Positions 26,414-33,658 of a DNA stretch of 33,658 nt are shown one piece after another. Numbering within the stretch: the stretch's first letter is position 1; every line of letters starts with the position of its first letter. Made by a program: the position numbers and the translations under genes. Under the pieces are notes generated by a model, which was given only the letters and a program-made list of their open reading frames with translations, did not search any database and was not told where the DNA came from. The DNA is from Gemmatimonadaceae bacterium (GTDB lineage: Bacteria > Gemmatimonadota > Gemmatimonadetes > Gemmatimonadales > Gemmatimonadaceae), in assembly GCA_040902005.1 (NCBI GenBank), contig JBBDYA010000055.1, positions 1-33,658 of the forward strand. The letters run 5' to 3'.

Positions 26414-26485
26414 GCCGTTACTCCGGTGGAACGCGCCGGCGCCCAGCCGGTAGTGGCGTGCCGCGACCCGTTCATCGCGCGATAG
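26414..26485 (+). pseudogene. Diverged relic of the 3' end of the 651-aa gene
   Basis: 26426-26485 encodes VERAGAQPVVACRDPFIAR* vs VERAGGEPVLARRELSIAR* at 23303-23362 (44/60 nt, ungapped, same stop position); preceded by GCCGTTACTCC vs GCCGCTACTCC. Confidence 0.75.
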
Positions 26486-26565
26486 AGGCTCGTGTGCCTC
26501 GCGGGCACGACCACCCGGGCATAGCTTGGAGCATCTCACGCCACACCGATCACATCCTCACGCAT

Positions 26566-28299
26566 ATGACCTCTCTCCGACCTGCCGTCTTCGTCGCGCT
26601 CGCAGCCCTTGCCGCGCTTTCGTCGTCAAACCGCGCGCACGCCCAGGCGCGCGCCGCCACGCTCGTGCTCACCAACGGTCGCATCGTCACCGTGGACTCC
26701 GCGCGTCCGGAAGCGCAAGCGGTGGCCATCGTCGGGGACCGGATCGTGGCCGTGGGTACGAGCGCCGAGATCCAACGTTGGGTCACGCGGTCCACGGAGG
26801 TCATCGACCTCCAGGGGAAGCTCGCTGTCCCTGGTTTCATCGAGGGACACGGCCACTTCATGGGACTGGGCCAGTCCAAGCTTCAGCTCGATCTCACCAA
26901 AGCATCGAGCTGGGACGACATCGTCGCCATGGTGCGCGACGCGGCCGCGAAGGCGAAGCCGGGCGAGTGGATTCTGGGCCGCGGGTGGCACCAGGAGAAG
27001 TGGAGCGCCGTGCCCACGCCGAGCGTGGAAGGAAACCCGGTGCACACGACGCTGAGTGCCGCGTCGCCGAACAACCCGGTCTACCTCACGCACGCCAGCG
27101 GCCACGCGTCGTTCGTGAACGCGAAGGCGCTGGAGGTGGCGAACATCACCCGCACCACGGCGAATCCTGACGGCGGCGAGATTGTGCGCGACGCGCAGGG
27201 GAACGCCACGGGGCTGCTGCGCGAGACGGCGCAGCGGGTAGTGGGCGCCGCGCGGTCGCGCAGCGAGACGGGCCGCTCCCGCGCCGACATCGATGCGACG
27301 AATCGGCGAGTGGTGCAGCTGGCAGGGCAGGACGCGCTATCCAAGGGGATCACGTCCTTCCACGACGCGGGTTCCAGCTTCGGCACCATCGATCTGCTGA
27401 AGCAGCTGGCGGACGAAGGCGCGCTGCCGCTGCGGCTCTACGTGATGGTGCGGCGCGAGTCCAACGCGCGGATGGACAGCCTGCTGCCGCGGTACCGCAT
27501 GATCGGGTACGGCAACAACATGCTCACCGTCCGTTCCATCAAACGGCAGATCGACGGCGCGCTGGGCTCGCATGGCGCATGGCTCTTCGAGCCCTACGTG
27601 GACCTGCCGCGCAGCACGGGGCTGGTGCTCGAGACGCCGGAGGACATCTCCGGCACCGCGGACGTCGCGATCAGGCACGGGTATCAGGTGAACACGCACG
27701 CGATCGGCGACCGCGCGAACTTCGAGGTGCTGAACATCTACGAGCGCGCGTTCCGGGCCAACCCCAACAGGAAGGATCTGCGCTGGCGCATCGAGCACGT
27801 GCAGCACCTGCATCCGGATGACCTTCCGCGCTTCAAAAAGCTCGGCATCATTGCGAGCATGGAAGGAATCCACACGATATCCGACGCGCCGTGGATTGAG
27901 CCGAAGCTGGGCCCCGAGCGCACCAGGAGCGAGTCCTATCTCTTCCGCTCGCTCTGGGACCATGGCACCACGATCATCAACGGTACCGACGTTCCGGTGG
28001 AAGACGCCAGTCCGATCGCGAGTTTCTACGGGACGGTGGCGCGCAAGACGAAGGATGGGGTGGTGTTCCTTCCGGAGCAGCGGCTCACGCGCGCCGAGGC
28101 GTTGCAGACCTACACGCTGAACGGCGCGTACGCCGCATTCCAGGAGAAGGACCTCGGCTCGATCGCGGTGGGCAAGCTCGCGGACATCACCGTGCTGTCG
28201 AAGGACATCATGCGCGTTCCCGAGGACGAGATTCCGACTGCGGAGACGGTGTACACGATCCTTGGCGGCAAGGTGAGATACCAGAAGCCCGTGCCGTAG
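26566..28299 (+). CDS. Exported amidohydrolase (amidohydro_3 / YtcJ-like)
   Basis: Start ATG 26566; LVLTNGRIVT; PGFIEGHGH; DGALGSHGA; HAIGDRAN; RWRIEHVQ; GTDVPVE; GKLADITVLS. Confidence 0.93.
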   Translation: MTSLRPAVFVALAALAALSSSNRAHAQARAATLVLTNGRIVTVDSARPEAQAVAIVGDRIVAVGTSAEIQRWVTRSTEVIDLQGKLAVPGFIEGHGHFMGLGQSKLQLDLTKASSWDDIVAMVRDAAAKAKPGEWILGRGWHQEKWSAVPTPSVEGNPVHTTLSAASPNNPVYLTHASGHASFVNAKALEVANITRTTANPDGGEIVRDAQGNATGLLRETAQRVVGAARSRSETGRSRADIDATNRRVVQLAGQDALSKGITSFHDAGSSFGTIDLLKQLADEGALPLRLYVMVRRESNARMDSLLPRYRMIGYGNNMLTVRSIKRQIDGALGSHGAWLFEPYVDLPRSTGLVLETPEDISGTADVAIRHGYQVNTHAIGDRANFEVLNIYERAFRANPNRKDLRWRIEHVQHLHPDDLPRFKKLGIIASMEGIHTISDAPWIEPKLGPERTRSESYLFRSLWDHGTTIINGTDVPVEDASPIASFYGTVARKTKDGVVFLPEQRLTRAEALQTYTLNGAYAAFQEKDLGSIAVGKLADITVLSKDIMRVPEDEIPTAETVYTILGGKVRYQKPVP

Positions 28300-28324
28300 T
28301 CGCCGCAGCAATCACAATCCCTCC

Positions 28325-28720
28325 ATGAAAGACATCGAGGTCATTCACGCGGCCGGCGCCCCCAAGGCGATCGGCCCCTATTCCGCGGCCATACGCGCGG
28401 GCGACTTCCTCTACTGCTCCGGCCAGACGCCGCTCGATCCGGCGACGGGAGAGTTGATCCAGGGGGACGTGAGCGCGCAGACGCGCCGCGTGCTGCAGAA
28501 CCTGAGGACGGTGCTCCGGGCCGCCGGCGCGGACTGGCCCAATGTGGTGAAGAGTTCCGTCTTCCTCATCGACATGGGCGACTTTGCGGCGATGAACGCG
28601 GCGTACGCCGGCGAGCTGGATCCTGTCAAACCGGCGCGGACGACCGTGGCGGTCAGGGAGCTGCCGCGCGGGGCCCGCGTGGAGATCGACATGGTGGCCT
28701 ACCTGCCCGCCACGTCATAG
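28325..28720 (+). CDS. ridA: RidA/YjgF family enamine/imine deaminase
   Basis: APKAIGPYSAAI; YCSGQTPLDP; NVVK; DFAAMNAAY; PARTTVAVRELPRGARVEID. Confidence 0.93.
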   Translation: MKDIEVIHAAGAPKAIGPYSAAIRAGDFLYCSGQTPLDPATGELIQGDVSAQTRRVLQNLRTVLRAAGADWPNVVKSSVFLIDMGDFAAMNAAYAGELDPVKPARTTVAVRELPRGARVEIDMVAYLPATS

Positions 28721-31141
28721 TCACTCCCCCTGCATCGTGATCAGGGGATCGACTCGGCTCGAGCGCAGCGCCGGGATCCAACCGGCGGCCCAGGCGGTGG
28801 CTCCCATCAACAGCGCCACTCCGACGAACGTGGGGATATCCAGGGGACTCACTTCATAGAGCAGTGACGCCATGATCCGCGTGGCGCCGAACGCGGCCAG
28901 GGTGCCCACGGTGACGCCGACCGCCGCGAGTGCCAGGACCTTGCCGATCACCATCGCGCGCACCTGTCCCGGGCGGGCGCCGAGCGCGAGCCGGATGCCG
29001 ATCTCCCGCTGGCGGCGTATCACGGAGTAGGAGACAACGCCGTAGATCCCGATCACCGCGAGCAGCAGCCCGATCCCGGCGAATCCGCCGAGCAGCAGCA
29101 TCGTGAAGCGCCGATCGGTAACGGAGCCGGCCATCCGTTGCTCGATGGTGGTGAAGACGAGCGGGACGTTGCGGTCCACGCGCAGGATGGCGTCGCGAAC
29201 GGGCGCAGTCAGGACGGCGGCGTCGCCCGCGCGAGGACGCAGGAGGAGCGTCACCGACCAGGTGCGCTGCGCGCGCTGGCTGAGCGGAAAGAAATACGTC
29301 GCGGGCGCCACGCGATCGAGTGACGTCTGCCGCGTGTCGCGCACGACGCCAATCACGGTCGCCCACTTCTGCTGCTGCCAGAAGTTGTCCATGCCGCCCC
29401 CGGTCATGCGCTTGCCGATGGGATCCTCCCCAGGCCACGCGCGCGCCGCGAATGATTCGTTGACCACCACCACGTGCTCCGACTCGGCGCGATCGGTGGG
29501 CTCGAACAGCCGGCCACGGATCAGCGGGATGTCCATCACCCGGAAATAGCCGGAGGTCACCACCTGATACGACCCGGACACACTCGGAGCCGGTCCGCCC
29601 TCGATGTCCACGAGCCCGTTGGAGACGCTGCTGACCGGGCCCGTCGAGACCAGGCCGACATCAGCCACGCCGGGAACTTCGGCGATCCGGTCCAGCACGG
29701 CCGAATGGAATCGTCCGCGCGACTCCGCGTCGCCATGGTTCCACGGCGTGATCACCGACGCGAGCAGCAGTCCCTGCGTGCGGTGGCCGGGGTCGGTGGC
29801 GAGCAGCGTGGCGAAGCTGCGGACGAGCAACCCCGCGCCCACGAGGAGCAGCAGGGCCAGCGCGATCTCGGAGACGACGAGGCCCGACCAGATCCACTCG
29901 CGGCCGCCCGCCGACGAGCCGCGCCCGGCGGAGCGCAGCATGGCGCCCAGGTCACCGTCCGATCCGCGCAGGGCGGGGAGCAGCCCGAAGAGCACCGCGG
30001 TCACGACGCAGGTGACGAGCGTGAAAAGGAGCACGGCGCCGTCGAGCCGCACGTCTGCGAGACGCGGCACGCTGCCCGCGGCCAGCGTCGGCAGCACGCG
30101 CAGCGCCCCGAGCGCCAGGGCCAGTCCGACGACACCACCCATCAGCGACAGCAACAGGCTCTCGACGAAGAACAGCCGGGCGATCTGGCTGCGTTTCCCG
30201 CCGAGCGAGAGTCGCACGGCGATCTCCTTTTCGCGCATGGTCCCTCGCGCGAGCGAGGTGCTGGCGAGGTTGGTGCAGGCCACCAGCAGGAGCAGCGCCG
30301 AGGCGGCCAGCACGATCCAGAGTGGACGTCGTGCCTCGCCAATGGTGGCGTCCCGCAGCGGCTCCAGCCGCGACGACGCGGGGAAGTAGGCAGCGAACTC
30401 GCTCTGGAGCACGCCCGGATTGTCCTCGACGATCCCCGTGGTGATGCGGTCGAGATCGACCTTCGCTCCCTCGATCGACACACCGCCGGCCAACCGGCCA
30501 ACGAGGGAATAGTTGTGCGCCGTGCGGCTGGCGGTCGGCTCGGTGAGTTCGACAGGGTACCAGATGTCGGTTCCGGCGGGGAAGTCAAAGTCTGCCGGCA
30601 CCACGCCAACCACCTGGAGAACGTTGTTGCCGATCCGGAAGCTGGCGGATGCAAGGTCGGTCGTCGCGTTCATGTGGTTGCGCCAGAATCGATCGCTGAC
30701 GATGGCCACGGGCGAGGCGCCCAGCACATGATCCTCCGGCCGCGTGAGGCGCCCCAGGATCTGCCGCGGACGCATGGCGTCGAAGAACTCCCTGGAAACC
30801 GATGCCGCGCCCAGTCGCAACGCGCCCTCCGGACCGATCACCGACTGGGTTCCCGCCGTGTACGCGGCCAGCGCCGTGAAGCTGCGCGATTGCCGCCAGT
30901 CGTCGAAGTTGCGCCACGCGGACTGCATCGAGTTGCCCTCCACGTTCACCTCCCAGGCGCGCACCAGCTCCTGGGAATTCTCGTAGGGCAGCGGCCGCAG
31001 GAGCACGCCGCGCACGACGCTGAAGGCGGCGGTGTTCGCCCCGATACCCAGGGCGAGCGTCAACATCGCGACGGCGACGAACGCCGGGCTGTTGCGCAGG
31101 GAGCGAATCGCGTATCTGAGGTCGAGGGAGATCGAGCTCAT
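28721..31141 (-). CDS. ADOP-type duplicated ABC permease, short form without prefix domain or adjacent PadR
   Basis: DLRYAIRSLRNSPAF...LALGIGANTAAFS; LLVACTNLAS; RRQREIGIRLALGA; VDPLITMQGE. Confidence 0.92.
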   Translation of the reverse strand: MSSISLDLRYAIRSLRNSPAFVAVAMLTLALGIGANTAAFSVVRGVLLRPLPYENSQELVRAWEVNVEGNSMQSAWRNFDDWRQSRSFTALAAYTAGTQSVIGPEGALRLGAASVSREFFDAMRPRQILGRLTRPEDHVLGASPVAIVSDRFWRNHMNATTDLASASFRIGNNVLQVVGVVPADFDFPAGTDIWYPVELTEPTASRTAHNYSLVGRLAGGVSIEGAKVDLDRITTGIVEDNPGVLQSEFAAYFPASSRLEPLRDATIGEARRPLWIVLAASALLLLVACTNLASTSLARGTMREKEIAVRLSLGGKRSQIARLFFVESLLLSLMGGVVGLALALGALRVLPTLAAGSVPRLADVRLDGAVLLFTLVTCVVTAVLFGLLPALRGSDGDLGAMLRSAGRGSSAGGREWIWSGLVVSEIALALLLLVGAGLLVRSFATLLATDPGHRTQGLLLASVITPWNHGDAESRGRFHSAVLDRIAEVPGVADVGLVSTGPVSSVSNGLVDIEGGPAPSVSGSYQVVTSGYFRVMDIPLIRGRLFEPTDRAESEHVVVVNESFAARAWPGEDPIGKRMTGGGMDNFWQQQKWATVIGVVRDTRQTSLDRVAPATYFFPLSQRAQRTWSVTLLLRPRAGDAAVLTAPVRDAILRVDRNVPLVFTTIEQRMAGSVTDRRFTMLLLGGFAGIGLLLAVIGIYGVVSYSVIRRQREIGIRLALGARPGQVRAMVIGKVLALAAVGVTVGTLAAFGATRIMASLLYEVSPLDIPTFVGVALLMGATAWAAGWIPALRSSRVDPLITMQGE

Positions 31142-31255
31142 GGGCGGAGGCGGTTGACGGGAGGTGATGCCGCGGTCAAGGGTTCGACGGCTGATACCGC
31201 GATATGGTTTGATGGCCCTCCCACACTCGGCACGCTACGGTGCCGGACGAACCGA

Positions 31256-31666
31256 TCAGGGAGCGGGACGAACGAGGAGCCGCACTTCCGGCGTCCGCGC
31301 CGAGTCGGCCGCTCCGGGGTAGGGCAGGACGTCCAGCAGGGACAGGACGTATCTGCCGGCGGTCAAGGTCCTCGGGTCCAGGGCGGTGTGGATCGTCGCT
31401 TCCACGGTGCTGCGATCAGCATCAGCGCGAAGCCGGACCGTCGCGTCCCCCTCCCAGACGCACGTCACGTTCACCGCGCAGCGCGAGTCCTGCACGAGGC
31501 GCAGGAATGCCACGCGCAGTGCGCCGTCGCGCGACGTCGCTGATGCGCCGAGCGTGATCGTGAGCGTGTCTGTCGCGTGCGACGCGGTGGCCGGTCCGGC
31601 CGGGCCGTTCACGGCGGCGCACGCCATGAGGGCCGTCGTGGCGACGAGCAACGACAGTCGGATCAT
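31256..31666 (-). CDS. Small lipoprotein with DSRC-x4-CVWEG motif
   Basis: Lipobox LMAC; VQDSRCAVNVTCVWEGDA; LLDVLPYP. Confidence 0.8.
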   Translation of the reverse strand: MIRLSLLVATTALMACAAVNGPAGPATASHATDTLTITLGASATSRDGALRVAFLRLVQDSRCAVNVTCVWEGDATVRLRADADRSTVEATIHTALDPRTLTAGRYVLSLLDVLPYPGAADSARTPEVRLLVRPAP

Positions 31667-32250
31667 GGATCGCCGGCCGTCGAGACCCGAACCAGCTCGA
31701 ACGCGCGTTGTTGTCGCCAGCCGGAGGAAGCGGTCGAATCCGGAATCTCGAACACGCCACCGGTCGCCGTGGCGAGTCCAACGGAATACCGCTCGCGCAA
31801 CCGACGGACGACCGCGCCGGTCGAGTCACGGGTGGTGACGGTCGTGACGAGCACGTCAACGGCGACGCTGCCAATCGCTTCGCGCAGGCGTTCCCCGGTC
31901 ACGTACGTCGAGGTGACCGTCCTGCCCTTGACCTCCATGGACATGTCGGGGCCCACGGGCCGGAGGGGGGCGTGTCGCAGCTGCGCGGAGTCCCAGGCAA
32001 AGAGCGTGTCGCCCCGCACGCAATACATCCGGTGCTCCGGCGCGGCCTGCGCGGGACTCGTGCGCAGGTGAATCACGGAACAGCGATGCATTCCTCCCAG
32101 GGTGGTGTCGCGGGTGATCTGCTCCACGGTCCACGGCGGCGCGTCCTGCCCGGCGCTGGCGTAGACGAGCTGCGTGCCGCGGGACAGCAGTGCACCGGGG
32201 GAGTCAGCGGATGTCAGCGCCGCGAGCAGGACCAGGAGGGGATATCGCAT
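31663..32250 (-). CDS. Secreted hypothetical protein
   Basis: Signal peptide MRYPLLVLLAALTSA; beta-rich; ATGA coupling to the downstream lipoprotein. Confidence 0.7.
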   Translation of the reverse strand: MRYPLLVLLAALTSADSPGALLSRGTQLVYASAGQDAPPWTVEQITRDTTLGGMHRCSVIHLRTSPAQAAPEHRMYCVRGDTLFAWDSAQLRHAPLRPVGPDMSMEVKGRTVTSTYVTGERLREAIGSVAVDVLVTTVTTRDSTGAVVRRLRERYSVGLATATGGVFEIPDSTASSGWRQQRAFELVRVSTAGDP

Positions 32251-32331
32251 GGCGTTGTGTCAGTCCGTGATGGGCCAGTCCGATGGAGGTCGCTCACTCG
32301 TCGCGCAGTATACGTCATCGGTGGCCCGGCG

Positions 32332-32931
32332 TCATGGTGACGCCAGCGGAGCGTAGCGCACCGTCAGGCATCCCGACTCGAGTCCCCGGCAGTAGTAGCT
32401 CAGCACCTGAACTTTGAAGTCGGCTCCGTCCCTGGTGCGCACGGCATAGAGATGCCCGTTCGGCTCCAGCAGATGCGACAGCATGCTGTAGCGGTACCAC
32501 CGCGCGATGGCGGCGTTGGTCGTATCGCGTCCCGCCTGGTTGGCGACGTGACCGGTTCGCGGCGCGTGCGTGACGGACTCGAACGCGGCGGCACCGAGAT
32601 CGGCGATGAGGCCGCTACCAATGATGCGGTGGCGCCGCACGGCGAGGTCCCAACCCGCGGTGTCAGGTGGCACGAGCACGGCGTGCGCGGTCAACGAGGC
32701 GAAGTGCCACGTGCGCGAATCGCGAGCGTCGATGGTGATTGTGTCCGCCGCGCGCGCAGCGCTGGCGAGACGCGCCTGCCCCCCCCCTCCCCGGGGCGGA
32801 GTAGGATCGAACTCCGGAGCGCGCCGGCCACTGAGCGAACTGGCCACGAGAAACACCAGCGCCGCCACGAACAGCGTGAATCCGATCACGAGCGCCGTCG
32901 TCGCGCGCGTCCGGAATAGTGCGATAGCCAT
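32332..32931 (-). CDS. HmuY-family (putative heme-binding) protein with N-terminal membrane anchor
   Basis: TIDARDSRTWHFASL; WDLAVRR; WYRYSMLSHLLEP; YAVRTRDGADFKVQVLSYY...LTVRY. Confidence 0.8.
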   Translation of the reverse strand: MAIALFRTRATTALVIGFTLFVAALVFLVASSLSGRRAPEFDPTPPRGGGGQARLASAARAADTITIDARDSRTWHFASLTAHAVLVPPDTAGWDLAVRRHRIIGSGLIADLGAAAFESVTHAPRTGHVANQAGRDTTNAAIARWYRYSMLSHLLEPNGHLYAVRTRDGADFKVQVLSYYCRGLESGCLTVRYAPLASP

Positions 32932-33068
32932 TCGTTAATTGCTGGCGTGCTGACTCCTCGCTGTCAATCAGGCCGTACGTCACCGTGCGATGCGGCTCTT
33001 GCGGACGAGCGGAATCGGCCACCAATGTACCGCGTCCCCCCCCCCTCCCCCGATAGCGAGGCACGCGA

Positions 33069-33452
33069 ATGGCGGTCCACACCGAAGCGCGCGCGGCCAA
33101 GTTTCGCCAGGCGGCGTTTGTCTACCTGCACGTGGCGCTTCTCTACGAGGCTGCTGCGTACGCCATGTGGCGGCGCAATCTGCTCCCGAATACGTCGCTG
33201 GGACCGGCGTGGCTCTGGTTCCTGCTCGGCGCCGTCGTTGCGGCGCTCGTCTTTCTCGGGCTGTTGCGGTGGCAGAACGTCTGGTTCGCGGGCGTCGTGT
33301 GGGCGATCCACGGGCTGCGGCTTCCCACGCTCATCCGCGGCGCGTTCTTCGCGGACCCGGGAGCCATCATCGCCCCAAGCTTCTATCTTACGGCGCTCGT
33401 CGTCGTGATGATCAACCTCTGGATGCTGGCGCGCGCGGTGTGGGATCTGTGA
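33069..33452 (+). CDS. Small 4-TM membrane hypothetical protein
   Basis: GAGG RBS; four hydrophobic segments; GTGA overlap with the next gene. Confidence 0.75.
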   Translation: MAVHTEARAAKFRQAAFVYLHVALLYEAAAYAMWRRNLLPNTSLGPAWLWFLLGAVVAALVFLGLLRWQNVWFAGVVWAIHGLRLPTLIRGAFFADPGAIIAPSFYLTALVVVMINLWMLARAVWDL

Positions 33453-33658
33453 GCTTTCGCACGTACCACGAGGTCACGGGACCCGATCGCTCGCGGCTGG
33501 GCGAGCAGGTTGGGCAGCAGCGCGTGCGCGTCGCGGCGCGGCTGGCCGGCGTCAAGCGCGTCATCGCCGTCATGAGCGGCAAGGGAGGCGTCGGAAAGAG
33601 CTATGTCACGGCGTCGCTGGCCATCGGGGCCGCGCGACACCTGGCCGGGGGGGGGGGG
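33449..33658 (+). CDS. mrp: Mrp/ApbC/NBP35 family P-loop ATPase, 5' partial
   Basis: Manual translation from GTG 33449: MSFRTYHEV...RLAGVKRVIAVMSGKGGVGKSYVTASLA (deviant Walker A). Runs off the window. Confidence 0.8.
   Translation, partial: MSFRTYHEVTGPDRSRLGEQVGQQRVRVAARLAGVKRVIAVMSGKGGVGKSYVTASLAIGAARHLAGGGG

Noticed and set aside
31228..31245. Hairpin CGGCAC-N6-GTGCCG as a terminator
   Set aside because: Short stem with no U-tract on either strand.
1026..31543. Many long alternative-frame ORFs (e.g. 1026..2198, 3508..4854, 9995..11278, 21538..23322, 29474..31543)
   Set aside because: Arg/Ala/Pro-rich shadow frames of recognisable genes, expected from stop-codon scarcity at high GC; no motifs.
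33647..33658. Terminal G12 run as a phase-variable tract in mrp
   Set aside because: It lies at the window edge and may be a contig-end or sequencing artefact; its length cannot be evaluated.

Overview
GC-rich, densely coding bacterial window with about 33 CDS. The gene repertoire (three ADOP-type duplicated permeases, two of them with PadR; M6 protease; carboxypeptidase-regulatory-like, GWxTD-like, DinB, TPM and HmuY-like proteins) suggests Gemmatimonadota or a similar Acidobacteriota-like lineage; this is inference. I saw no rRNA, tRNA, CRISPR array, transposase or integrase. Most notable observations: (1) An ECF sigma locus (16.2-19.9 kb) whose putative membrane anti-sigma factor and upstream exported protein both end in CBM48 glycogen-binding modules. 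The same motif, GTGACG-N15-GGGTAnAA, lies upstream of three genes of this locus, suggesting an alpha-glucan-sensing ECF regulon. (2) A mosaic of relic copies of neighbouring genes and promoters around a vapBC pair and a padR-ADOP module (19.9-26.7 kb); one relic supplies the -35 of the leaderless vapBC promoter. (3) A structured intergenic RNA or attenuator candidate at about 14.98-15.09 kb. (4) Promoter/operator architectures for TetR, two PadR, Crp/Fnr and VapBC regulators. All product calls come from motif recognition by eye; no database searches were run.
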